Origin: Balamuthia mandrillaris
Taxonomy: Eukaryota
NCBI GenBank assembly: GCA_031835245.2
Contig: JAVKOQ020000013.1
Location: forward strand, 372,001-416,077
DNA length: 44,077 bases
Direction of reading: 5' to 3'
In this document: piece by piece, positions 1 through 12,415 of the stretch
How the letters are laid out: each line of letters begins with the position of its first letter
Numbering within the stretch: the first letter of the stretch is position 1
Notes under the pieces: generated by a model
Databases searched by the model: none
What the model was told of the DNA's origin: nothing
Seen by the model: only the letters and a program-made list of their open reading frames with translations
Program-made: the position numbers and the translations under genes

Positions 1-231
1 CCGATGCACTTCCTTCTGTGGCTGGTGGACCCCCACTTGGCAGGTCTTTACCGCGAACCGCACCCGAGAGACAGAAGTGCAAGCAACGACCCCTACGACC
101 TCCCGGCCATTCGCAGCAGCACGACGCTGTACGTGTCTTCGGGGGCCACCTATGGCGACCCTCCTTTGCGTTTCTTGGCCTCCTCTGAGATTGCCCTGTT
201 CATCCTGCGAAGCCCTCACGGCAACCCGTGA
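1..231 (+). CDS. 3' end (partial) of a probable TMPPE/YkuE-like calcineurin-type metallophosphoesterase
   Basis: The frame is open from base 1 to TGA at 229-231. 'PMHFLLWLVDPHLAGLY...LYVSSGATYGDPPLRFLASSEIALFIL' resembles the C-terminal GLY...LYVSxG...PPxR...xEI pattern of YkuE/TMPPE phosphoesterases. The catalytic motifs lie outside the window. Confidence 0.6.
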   Translation, partial: PMHFLLWLVDPHLAGLYREPHPRDRSASNDPYDLPAIRSSTTLYVSSGATYGDPPLRFLASSEIALFILRSPHGNP

Positions 232-600
232 CATACCAACAAGAAAACCATGCTTTTCGTTGGGTAAGGGCAACCAATCCCTATCAAGCTTTAATACTCG
301 CTATATTAATGAATTACCACCAAGCAATTGCGTAACAGAAGGGTGATTACCTGGACCACGTGCGTCCATTCGATATGTGGAAAAAGACCCATAAGCACCG
401 CGGACAGCTTTAGCTCCTGTACGTTTCTGTTCGGCACCTTAAGAAAGAAAAAGCGTAACTAGCAAACAAAAAAGAAAAAAAAAAGGGAGGAAAGCCACAA
501 AAAAGTTGGAGAAGAAAGAAACCCTTTGCGCCAAAGAGAAAAGAGAGGGCCTTTGCTTGTTAGGTCTCCTTTCTTTTCTTTTTTGGTTTTAAAACTCGCC

Positions 601-3600
601 ATGGCAACAACTGGCGGAGGAGACACCCCAACAACAGCTCAATCCTCAAGCCACAACGCATTCTCCTCCTCCTCCTCTTCTTCCTTGTTGGCCAGCAACT
701 ACCGTCCTCCGTTACCATGGGAGTCCTACGACTTGGTCTCGCCGCCAGAGGCCTGCAAAACCCCTGCCCAGTACTTTGTCCACAACATCAACAAGCGCTT
801 CGTGCAGTACCTCTCCCAACGGTTCAGGGAGTTCCAAACGCCGGCCCTCCTCGCTGACAAGGAGTCCTCCCCATCTGCAGCTGCCGGTGGCGGAGGCTTT
901 CTGCTGGTGGAGCAATGGCGGGCGGATCCCCCAGAGGAAGGCGGGGACAGGCGCTTGCATGAGCTCTTTGAGAGCTATCGCACGGTGGCGAGGGAGGGAG
1001 GCAATCTCTCGCCCTTTGTGACGGGGATGATGGAGTGGAGGAAGGAGCGGCTGGTCAAGGGGGTGGAGCTCAGCGAGGAGTTCTTGCAGAGAATCAATAA
1101 GAGCGAGAGGGAGGATGCCATCAAGGTTCTTGCCAAGAGAAAGCAGGTTTGTAAAGCAACAGACCTGAGTAGAGTGAGAAGAGTAGGGAGAAAAGCAAGA
1201 AGGACAGAGAAGAGAGGGAAGGGAGAAGGGGAGAGAAGGAGAGAGAAAGAAAGAGAAAGAAAGAGACAGAAAGAGAATGGAAGGAGAGTGTTGACAAGAG
1301 CCGTTTTGCTGTTTGCGTATGTTGATCTTTTGTATTAACCACAACACAACAGCTATCAGTACATTATGTCTTTTGTAAAGCAGTATTAATAGGGCTGGAA
1401 ACCTGGGACAAGAAAACCAACACTCTGGCTGACACGGTTGCCGATGAGTTGGAGAACCTTTGTTTCTCTTTCTTCAACGACTCTCGGTTTGTTCTCTTCT
1501 TTGTCACTCCCCTACATTTGTTTTATGTTTACAGTTCACACTATGTAGAGCAATGTTTCAGCCCAAAGCCTCGAAGAAAAGTGGTACCACACTTGAAAAG
1601 ACTGGAAACAAGGCCGTTATCTTTTCGCTCTATGGAGAAATTCTGGGCATGCTTTCTGCATGTTTTAGGTCTCTCTTCCTCTCTCTGTCTCTGCCTATCT
1701 CTCCTCTTCAACTGTCCATCCTATTTTCTTTAGTTACAATAAGGGAAACGTAATACTGATAGTCGCGATAGGTTTAATGAGATCACAGAAAAGTTCTTCG
1801 AGATATTGGATAGAGACAGCAAATCGAAAGATAACGCTCAGTCTTTGGTTGTCATTAATGGATTGCGCTCTCTTCGACTTGATGTACTTTTACCATTCTC
1901 TTCTGATGATTGTTTTTTTGTATTGTGTGCTTACTCTTTTTTTAAAATATAGCTTCACACTCCAAAACATCAGAAAGAGTCAATAGAATTCTTGAAACAC
2001 ATTCTGGACTCCCATTTCGATGCTAAGACAAAGAAACCAGAAATCCAACTGGCCATTTGTGAACTGTTGGCCCATTGCTTCTCGCGTATGATAGAATCCA
2101 AACCGACTACTAGTACAAAAGAAGGAGGTGCAACTTCTCTCGACGAATGGGAGAGAGTTGTCTCGGAGCTCTACACCATATCTGAAGCTTTCTTCAAGAA
2201 ACACAAAAGCGTTGGGGTAATATTGCTCTCCTTTTTTTTTGGGTTGTTGTTTTGTGGCTCTCTTAGCTTAACGTTATACCAAATAGATAATGTACATGTT
2301 TCAAACCTCTGCAATTTGCGTTGGTCCTGCAAAGCGCTTTGACGAAAGCCTAAAACCCCTTCTTTCGAGCTTGCTCAAATGCATCAAACCGGGAGAAAAG
2401 CACAAAACAGTAGCCCTCGAATGTGTCTACAAGTTGTTGCTGACCATCTTAATTCAAAAAGACAAGAAACAGTTTGAGGAGTACGCGAGGCTCATAGCGG
2501 AGAAACTTTTTCCTAAACAAAAGAAAAAGGAGATAATATCGGCAAACGAGGATGCCTTGGATATCATTGTTGATATCATCAACTTAATTTCGGTGTCTGA
2601 GCTGGAATTTGCAGCCCAAAACATCGTTGTTTCGTCATTGAAGGAAGAAACCATTCCTGAGTACGTTTTGCTCTCCTTTATTTTTCTTGAGATATATTTA
2701 TTTATTAGAAATTATTTTTTTTGCTGTCTTTTCACTAACATTTTGCTCTTCTTTATGTTGTGTTTTGAAGGCGAACGATGGTGGGTTTGTTGGCATTCAA
2801 CGCGATTACAGATCGTTTAGGCATAGACTCCTCCGGTGATGCCTCCTTCGAATCTCAGAATATGGCCGACTCCATCAGCGATTACGCTCGCGGCAAGAAA
2901 GCAGGCAAAGGAGGTGCTGCTCTCTACGAAGCAAAAGGAAAGTCCGGTTTGAGCTACTCCTCCTTCAGCCTCAATCGATCCTTTCGTAAAGACACGCTGA
3001 AGAGAAGGGCCGAGTTGGCTTTGCTCAAGCTCAGCCGTAAAGATGAAGAGAAGATGATAGTGGATGATTTTCTCAAAGGTGTGAGCAAGAGCTTGGACGC
3101 TATTTTGCTGAACTTGGACAATCTCTTTGGACATTTCTTGCACATCGACCCCAAGTATAGTGGTAAAAACATTCAAGGTATTTTTTTCCTTTTATTTTTT
3201 CTTCTTCGTTCTGTCTGTTTCTGTTTCTCTCTCTCTCTCTCTCTCTCTCTTGACTCTTTCTTACGGTCACTTAATCATTGTTTCATGCTATTATACATCC
3301 GGTCCATTTAAAAGATCTTGTGAGCAAAACAGCAGCATCTCAGTTGACAGTCCTTCACACGGTCCTCTCCAGTCTCCGTAGAGCTCTTCCAGATCAATTG
3401 CCACCACTCGACTTGTTTGCTTTGCTCTCCAAGTACACCCTTCACGTCGATAAAGTGGTGAGCAGAGAAGCATTCGGCGTGTTGCAGCACATCATGAAGG
3501 CTTTGCCATCCCGACGCACTATATTGATGGAACAGTTCTCCATATTTACTCGCAGCATTCCTGATACTGCTGCCAACCAAAAGTATCTCAAAAAAGCTTT

Positions 3601-6600
3601 GAAGTTGGTTCGTAATTATTCTGTTTCCGATAATTACCTTCTTTTTTCGGTGCTGACCATGATACTTATTCTGGTCTTACCTTCAGCTTAAAGCCTTGCT
3701 GGAAGAGTGGAGAATGTTGGCAAAGGAGGGTGAAGGTGACGAAGGCCGTAAAGCAAATGCTTACCTTAACTATGTATGTTCTCTCTCTGTCTCTCCCTCT
3801 TTCAATGATGTGGTCTCTTGGTTTGACATCATTATGTTCTTGGTCTTTTGTTTTTTTGTGTTTTAAAAGGCATCCCAAGACCCTTCCTCAAAGTTCTCAG
3901 AGGCACAAGTGGAAGGCACTGCATTAATCTTCCTTTGCAGTGCTTTTCCTGATGTCAGGTACTTCTTTTGCGTTTCTCCCTGTGCTGGAAAGCAGAAACT
4001 AAACTCCAAATGATATCTTGAAAACACCAGAGGACTTGCAGCTAGCATACTGAGATTAGTACATGAGCTGAACAAGACGTTACCACCAAGACTTGCCACT
4101 TCCAACAAAACTCTCATCACCACTTTGAGAGAACACCAACACGACCTGTTTGTACAAAGCTCAATTGACCCAACTGCTACTCCCCCACCTCACTTTACTG
4201 GTCGCAAAGTTCGTGCTTTCTTCTTCTCCTTATGCTTACCCTTATTCTTCTATGGTTTCTACTCATGTATGAATTAATGCTATTTCGCAAATAGACACAG
4301 GAAGAAACAACGCATAATCGCGAAGCTGCGGAAGGGGACTGGGAAGAAGGAGGCAACGCTAAGATTCAAGAGATGAAGGACTTGATCCTTGGCGTGTTCT
4401 CTTCTCCTGAACTCGTGAAAGAACAACAGGATCGCTGGTCGAGAACCTTAGCTCGTTTGGTGATAGTGGCATTGGGCTTCTCTCCAGATTCCATTTCTAT
4501 AGCATTTCAAGCCATCGCTGTACGTTTGTCGCAAGTTCAGAGCTTGGCTGAAAGTGCTGCATCGAGCTTTGCTTCCAGCAAAGACACTTCTTTCTCTTCC
4601 TCTGGGGGTGGAGGTAGCAGTAGTGCTGGAGGAAGCTCTACTTCTATGATAAGCCCAAGAAGTGGTTCTCAACCTGTGTCTCCCATTATGGCCCAGCTTG
4701 AGAGTTCTGGTGTGTTGCTTGCTCCTTTTCTTTCTTTCTATTTTGTGGTTATTTTTCGCTATGTTTCTTGTCTTTAATTTTACTCATTCTTCCTTATTCT
4801 ACTTGGTTCTTCCACACTTTTTGTTTACTATCATGCCTTTATTAATATGCGTGTTTTATACAGGGAACTATAAAGCCAGAGGACCATGTGATGCCAATAT
4901 TATTCTATGGCGAAACTATTCTGTGGTATTGTGTGCAGCATGTGCAGCTTGTGGCAGCCCAGAAGGAGATACCTCATCATTCACCATCTTTGAACGCTTG
5001 CTATCCTTTATAAAGAAGGACAAGCTACTCCGTCGTAACGTTACACTGGTTAGTTTTACTTTTCTTTTGTTTTTGCATTTAAACAACACAAAGAGCTAAT
5101 GGTGAGCTAGGCATTATCGTTTGTGCAACCGAGTATATTTCCAGTCCTTTTCGACCGATTGGAAAACTACGACAAAGAAGTCGGTTCGTTGCAACAAAAA
5201 CTATCGAAGGGCAAAGTCAAACTCGCTGACGCACAATTCATCTACGAGATGTCATGTAAATACATTTCTTTCTTTATGGTTTTTTTTGTGATACTTTTTG
5301 TTAATTGGCCGATTTTATCAAACAGTGATATCCAGAATTGCGGCATCTGCTTTGGAAGCAAATACTGTAACGCAGCATTCAATTCAACGATATGTAACTT
5401 GGATAAAGGTAAACTTTTGAACAATCTCAAACAACTTTCATTTTCTCACTTTACTCTTCTTTTTTAAAAAACAACTCGCAGCAAACTCAAGAGTACTTGA
5501 TAGCTATGCTCTCAGAAGGAGACGCTTTTCCCTCCTCTCTCCTCCAAAAACTTCGTTTCAACTTCTTTTCAACTGTGTACCACATTCTTCCCATTGTTCA
5601 CTCCGTAATGCCTTCTGCCTCGTCCGAGCAAACACAATCACAACAGCTCAGTCAAGTTATCGATAAGAAGTACAGAAAAGACATGTTTGTCTTTCTCTCC
5701 ACCTACTGCGGGCACGCCTCCGACTTTCTCAAAACGGCTGTCTCTCAATCTGCTCTCAATTTAGAGACTCCCCGGTCTTCTCGCTCCTCCAACAAAAACT
5801 CCAACAATACGTTGCGTGGTCGTTCCTCTTCTTCTGCTTCTGCTGCTGAGAAACTTATCCGCTTGGAACGGGCTGTTCAGTATTCAGCGTTGGAAGCGAT
5901 GGCAGCCCTTCTGTTGGGAGAGTCGTTCTACGAAGAGACCGTCGCTCACGACAAGAAAGGCCCGCTCTTTGGGTGGTTGACGGAGTTGTTCCGGAGCAGC
6001 GATGAACAAGTGCATCGCATTGGTCACAATGCCATGGAATTGTATTTACACGACAACGCAGATCAAGCCAAAGACCTCTTTCATGCTTGTGCTGACTTGG
6101 TACGTTATGTTTCGTTCTACGATAACTTTCTTTTTTAAAAACATTAACAATTTTCTATTTGATATTAAACCACAAAAAGTGTTATGATGAACATACCTAT
6201 ATAGCAAAAGGCTATTTCTTGCTTGCCTCGTGGATACTTCTTCATCACGACTTTGCATTCTCATTGCCATTGGTGCTTAACCTTTGCCTTACTAAGATGA
6301 GCAGCGATGACTTTGCAGTTCGCGACATGGCGTTGAAGCTTCTCGCTCATGCAACTCAAACTGATAAATACTCTATCTCACCAACGCCTGCTATTCAGGA
6401 TACCAGCCTCTCCCTTCTGGTTTGTTTATTCGTTTTTGTATCTTTGTTATATTTCCTGCTAACAAACGTTTTAAATACCTAGTATAAACTATCAGGCATG
6501 TTGGCAGAAGACCATGCAGAACTAGCCTCCGCAGTGGCGCATGGCATTTGGCAACGCATCACCACCACCAAGGCTCATCATCTCACGATGCTGTTCTACA

Positions 6601-9600
6601 TGCCACCATGGTTGCAGACTATCGACTTGGCTGCGTTGAAGTCCGACTCGTTGAAACACTTTTTGCAGAGATTGGCTGTCATCACGCTGAAGTATGGCAA
6701 AGAGCAGGCTCTGTTGGTGGAAAAGCTGTGGACTTCTTTGGCGCACGATAATTCGAGCAACATTGCATTGATGTTGGATTGGTTGTTGACCACTGCTATT
6801 GAAACGGTATTTTTTTTTTTTGTTGTTTTGTTTTTTTGTCGTTAATCTTTTTTCTTTCATTTTGTATTTTCCTAACGTTAAATCAACTATGTAGAGAAAT
6901 GAAGTGTTTTTCACAGTAGCCATTAAGATATCGGTGGCTCTGGCCAGAGTTGACGAAAAACGAACTATAGAAAAGCTCGTAACAAATCTTCATGACACTG
7001 TTCCTTTCGTATTGAACTCAAATGAGGATGATGAACAAAGCGAAAGCGAAGCAGATGAAGATAGATCATTAACGGAAAGCGGAGGAGGAAGTGGACAAGG
7101 CGAAGAGACAGACAAGAAGAGAAGTCTGAAACTCCCCACAAGAAGAGCAAAGAAGAAAGATAAAGAAAAGGAAAAGGAAGAAAAGGACAAAGCAGTGGAC
7201 AAAGAGAAGAAAGAAAAGGCGGCGGAGGCAGAGGCGGAAAGCGCAGCTTCTCTTGGTGTATGGAGCTTCAAGAAGTTGTTTGCGGTGAACCTTAAGACCC
7301 CTCATAACCTATCCAAAAGCCATGTCGCTCTTGTACTCTTTTCCTTTCTTCTTTCTTTCCTTTGTTCTTTGTCCCTTTCTTAGCTAACATTCTTCCTTCT
7401 CCTGTTAAGGGCATGATGAGTGAACTAGTGGCAGAGCATACAGAAGAGGCTTCCACTCATGTGGCGACGTTGTTACATTGCGCGTTCATGGGATTGGACT
7501 CCGAGATACCCATTTTTCTGTCTTATTGCAAACGTCTCTTGGTCGTGCTACTGCATTCTCTTGTTGCTCATCATGGTTTGTTTCATCCTCTCCTTGTTTT
7601 CTTTTCTTGGCTCTTATTTCTCCTTCTTTGTCATGTTGTTGACTTGTTCTCACTTGAAAATAAACAGATGGACATTTATCGCCTGACTCAGAAGCATCAA
7701 CTCTCATCTCCCAAATCACCGGTCAACCTTCCACCTCCAAGTTGTGGAAGAACGAGGACATCACCAAAGACAACCTGGAAATTGGCAGCACCAAAGAGCT
7801 TCAGCGATGGGTGGGCCACGTTCTGTCCGCCCTCTCCCCTTTGCTCCCCGATTTAGTGCAACGATGGAGCAAGGAGGCCTTGCTCTGGGCCTCTCGTATT
7901 GGCCGCGTCCCGCCACACTTTGTCTATCGCTCATTCCAAATCTACAGAGCATTGGCGCCTTGTTTAGACTTGGAGGCGGTTACAGTCTGTCTTGCTACTC
8001 TCTACAAGCATGAGGACAAACGACCCAAAGGAAGAATTGGCCTGGCTATCGACATCATGCAAACGCTGATGGTGGCTATCGAGCAAACGCCCAAAGAAAC
8101 TTTACTGCGCTTCCCGCAGGTCTTTTGGGGCATTGCTGCGTTGCTTTATACCGACTACGAGGGAGAGTTTCTATATGCGACTCGCGTGATGTTGAGCTAT
8201 CTGCGAAAGATGACGATGGATGAAGACGATGAAGTAAATTACAAAAACAGGAAGAAAGGATGGGAGGAAACTTTGTTGGAACATCTTCCAAGCAATCGTG
8301 TTCCTCCGTTTGTTGGACTACAGCCTGTTTTGTTGAAAGGATTAACGTCAAAGGCTACCGTGCAGGACACTATCATCGCGTTCCAACACCTCGCTTTTCA
8401 ATTGCCCTCTTCTCCATCTTTTGACCGTTTGGTGGAACCTTCTTTATCTTCATCCTCATCTTCCACGTCCAACAGAAGATATTTATCAACCCTCTTGGCT
8501 CTCACTCCTCACCTGCTTGTTAATATGACTACCACTGCTGCCGCGCAAAGACAAACGGATGAACAAGAGCAAGAACGAGAACAGAAAGAAGAGGACGACG
8601 AAGACAGCAACCGCGGCAACAGGGACAAGGAAGAACTCGCTCCAATGGACCTTTGCATCTCTCTTTCTAACCTCTTCACATCGACTGGATTCTCGGAGAT
8701 GGCAGCCATTTTTCACAAACTTAGCACCTCTCCCGCCTTTCCTTCTGTTTCGCTGCCATCCTCTCCCGTAAACTCTGCCAACTCCTCTCCCATTCCCTCC
8801 GTTCCAGGAACTCTCAAGTTCTCTTCTTCTCTTTCTTCTTCTTCTTCATCCGCTTCCTCCTCTGTGTACAATAACGAATTGGAGTTTTTGATGGAATGGG
8901 CACCGCTCATAGCGCGCCGATTCTTCCCTTCGGAGGAGCTCGACACGTTCTCGCTGTTGATGGAGATGTTGGATCTTGGTCCCGCTCGTTATCATCGTGT
9001 GTTGTTGTGGATCATTTACAGCCTCTTGCAGCAGGTAGATTGGAGCAAGTCTAAGCTTCGTCACCTTGGCACTGGTCTCTTTGCTCCTGTTGCCAAACAT
9101 TTAGGTTTGTTTCTCCTTCTTGTTTTCTTTTTTCTTTCCCTTCTCTTCTTCTCTTACTTCTTTCATTCTTCACTTGTTTGTACTTATCTGTCTGACCTTT
9201 TCTTTCAAACGAAAAACAGAGGGACGTTTGTGGCGAGAGGCAATGGCAGTGATGCAAGTGGCTGTTCGAGGAAGCTCCTCTCTTCCCTCCGTCAACATAG
9301 TGGGTATGGAGCAATCCACAGAGCTTCCCAACGTTCTCGCCGAGATGGAAGCCCCCTCCAGAACATGGAACATCGACGACTCGCCCTCTACTTCTTCCAC
9401 CACCAACAAAAACGATCCACGTAAGTCGCCTCAGCAACGGTCCAACAAAGGAAGGCAGTATGTGAGCCATTCTTTGTATCAAGTTTTATCCACTCTGGAA
9501 GGAGGAGGCAGCAACGAGTACATGAAGAAGTTGGCCAAACCTTCGCATCCTCCCGTTTCTTGGCAACTGAGGAAGCACGCCACGGGCGCTCATGTGGAAG

Positions 9601-10255
9601 AAGTGATCACCTCTTCTTCATCGTCATCACCGTTGAGAAAAGAACAGAACAGAAAAACTTCTCCAAGGAAAGCCACAGCCACGAAACCAGAGAAGAAAAA
9701 GAAGAGGAAGTCAACGTCGACTCAGAAAAAGAAAAAGGAGAAGAACAAGATAAAAGCAAGCGATGCTGAACCACCGAAGCAAAAGGAGAAAACAACGACG
9801 AAAGAGCAACAACAACAGCAGCAGAACAAAGTAAAAGAAAAAGGTGGAGAAGAAGAAACGGAAGGAGCAACTGCTGTCGATGTTACCTCTCCAACATTCC
9901 AACAATCGACGGACGAGGGAACGGTTTCCTCGTTGATCGTGGCAAGCTCGGATGAGGAGAACGAGGAATCAGAGCCGGAATTTGAGGAAGAAGAGGAGCC
10001 CGACGAGGTGGAGAGTTGGGAAATCTAATGCCTGTCTTTTTTATTCTCTCTCTTTTAAACTTGCATTTTGTTGCGTCTAACGTTCTCCCTCTCCTATCTC
10101 TCTAGTGCTTCTCCCTCTCCTATCTCTCTCTCTCTCTCTTCTCTCTCATCTCTCATCTCTCTTTTCTCTCATCTCTCGTCTCTCTTCTCTTTCGCTCCTC
10201 TCCAGGTCGTCATGGTTTTTGTCATGACGACGCGGAGAATTCCATGTCGTCCTGA
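601..10255 (+). CDS. FRY: Furry/Tao3/Mor2 (PAG1) family cell-morphogenesis scaffold protein, about 20+ introns
   Basis: ATG at 601. N-terminal MOR2-PAG1_N-like segments (KTPAQYFVHNINKRF, GMMEWRK, LYGEILGMLS) and C-terminal MOR2-PAG1_C-like segments (WSKEALLWA..RSFQIYRAL, FPQVFWGIAALLYTDYEGEF, FVGLQPVLLKGL). The exon ORFs are separated by GT...AG introns (e.g. 1147-1351, 2661-2770, 9105-9219). The end is uncertain: either TAA at 10026-10028, or a last intron ~10014-10205 with TGA at 10253-10255. Confidence 0.85.
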
Positions 10256-10297
10256 AGAACGTTGGACTCCCCAAAAAAAAAAAAAAAAAGAACAAAG

Positions 10298-12385
10298 ATG
10301 GAAGAAAGGAGCAGCGAAGAAGGCGGTAATGATCCGCTTTCACCAGCCCTCCATGAGCTAGTGCTTCGACAGGAGGAGGAGGAGGAACGTTCTCCTCCCT
10401 CTGAAGAAGCTTCTTCGCTCCCCATCTCCAGTGCTAACGAAGAGCCGCGTTTCCTTCTTGCTGGCGAAGAGGTGGGGAGGAGGAAGACGGTCGCTTTGGC
10501 GAGCTATCCTCGGTCCGGCAACTCTCTTTTGCGCTCCCTGTTGGAGAGGATGACCGGTTTCATCACTGGTAGCGACAGTAGGCCCACGAGGGACCTCAGC
10601 CGAAAGTTGGCGAAAGCTGGACTGAAAGGAGAGGGCGTCGTTGAGCCGGACAAGGTCTGGATTGTAAAGACCCATTTCCCCGAGAGGCTTGGTACTTACT
10701 TGCTTGCTCCTTCCTCTCCCTTCTTCCGTCCTTCTTCCTTGCTTGCTTGCTTGCTTTTCTGCTTTGTGACACATGCAATGTCGTACGTAGGCTGGAAGCC
10801 ATTCAAGGCAGAGAAGGTGATACTGTTGGTGCGAAACCCGTTTGATTGCATCGACAGCTACTTCAACATGGCGCTCACTCGCACGCACACTGACAGCATC
10901 GCGGAGAGCGAATACGATCGCCTAAAGGAGCTATGGACGAAGCGGGTCGAGGAGGAAGCTGAGGTTTATCTCTTTCTCTCTCTTTTCTCTTTTCTCTTGC
11001 TCCATTATATTCTTTCTCTTCTCTGTGATTGCCGTTCCTCTCATTCTCACCTCTTTGCTGCTGTTGAGTTTTCATGTTTGTTTACGTTATTTAACTCAAA
11101 ACAAAGGTATGGCACCGGTTTCACGACTACTGGCATCGGACGAGCGCACACAGCCAAGTACCAATGTTGGTAGTACGCTACGAAGACTTACTACTTGATC
11201 GCAAATCCACCCTTTGCTCCATCGCTGCCTTTCTTCAAGATGTTTCAAATGGTGTCTTATCTTCGTTATTTAGTCTTTCTCTTTTCTTGTTCTGTTGCTC
11301 TTCTTCTCCTTACAACCCTTCTTTACTAACGAATAAGATTATTCTAATGCTCATAACAGGAGAAGTTTATAGCTACGAACAGCGGCTAGGACAAATGTTA
11401 GCTGAGGAGACAGAACAACAAAACAAAGGCAATGTCTACAAACCTCGCGTAGGAGGCATTGGCAAGAGCCTGAAACACTATTCTTTAGAACAACGGCAAC
11501 TTGTTTTGCGTGTCACCTTTGAGCAACGGTTCTCTCTCTGTCTCTGTCTCTGTCTCTGTCTCTGTCTCTGTCTCTGTCTCTGTCTCTGTCTCTCTGTCTC
11601 TCTGTCTCTCTGTCTCTCTGTCTCTCTGTCTCTCTGTCTCTCTGTCTCTCTGTCTCTCTGTCTCTCTGTCTCTCTGTCTCTCTGTCTCTCTCTCTCTGTC
11701 CCTGTCCCTGTTATAACTCTCTTCCTCTTCATTCAGAAACAAGCTAGGATATACAGATGAGTTTTTCGAAACCCTCCCTGCTTTCCATCGTTCTCCCGAA
11801 GAGCTATTGGGAGCAGAGGAGGACCAACGAAGACAGCAACTAGAACGTTGGAAAGACGAGGTGAAGCGGTATCTCTTCCGTTCTACATCAGGTGACTCTA
11901 CTTCGTCAGACCTGAATCCTCCTCTTTTTCCTCCTTCTCCTACCCAACCACCAACATCGACAAAGAAAGTTGAATCACAAAACGAAGATGATGACAAAAA
12001 TGAACCGGACGATGAACCAAGCACTCTCCCCACAACACGAGAAGAAACAGGAAGAGGACGAGGACGAGGCCAAAGAGGAACGAGAGGAATGAAACCAAGA
12101 GGAAGAGGAGACATGCGACCATATGGCCAAAAATGGTCGCAACATCAAAACATGAGAGAATTGGTGTTAAACAGAACGTGGGGGGTCAGAGATATGAATG
12201 AGGAAGACCCGTTTGGCAGAGGCATGAAATGGAGCGAACCTCTCCTGGGCACTGTTCTTACCCAGCAAGCTCAGCGGCTGGCAGAAGAAGAAGCCATCAA
12301 GCAAGAACTTTTGTTGGAGTTGCAGCTGCGGCTTTACGATGACGAAGAGAGGGAGAAAGTTGAAGAGAAGGAACGTTTGACATAA
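10298..12385 (+). CDS. PAPS-dependent sulfotransferase domain protein, 4 introns
   Basis: 5'-PSB loop ALASYPRSGNSLLRSLL, IVKTHFP, 3'-PB motif LLVRNPFDCIDSY and VVRYEDL. Introns at about 10692-10790, 10964-11107, 11252-11359 and 11529-11736. Stop TAA at 12383-12385. Confidence 0.85.
11533..11700. repeat. Intronic (TCTCTG)n / (TC)n compound microsatellite
   Basis: Directly visible tandem array inside intron 4 of the sulfotransferase gene. Confidence 0.95.
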
Positions 12386-12415
12386 CAAAATACAAAAGAA
12401 GAATCAGACCACCAA

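Noticed and set aside
526..9424. The many separate plus-strand ORFs as independent genes or as stop-codon recoding
   Set aside because: The stops and frame changes coincide with GT...AG introns, and the pieces join into one Furry-family protein under the standard genetic code.
11478..11732. ORFs with RQRDRETE / SVSLSL repeats
   Set aside because: These are artefacts of the intronic TCTCTG microsatellite.
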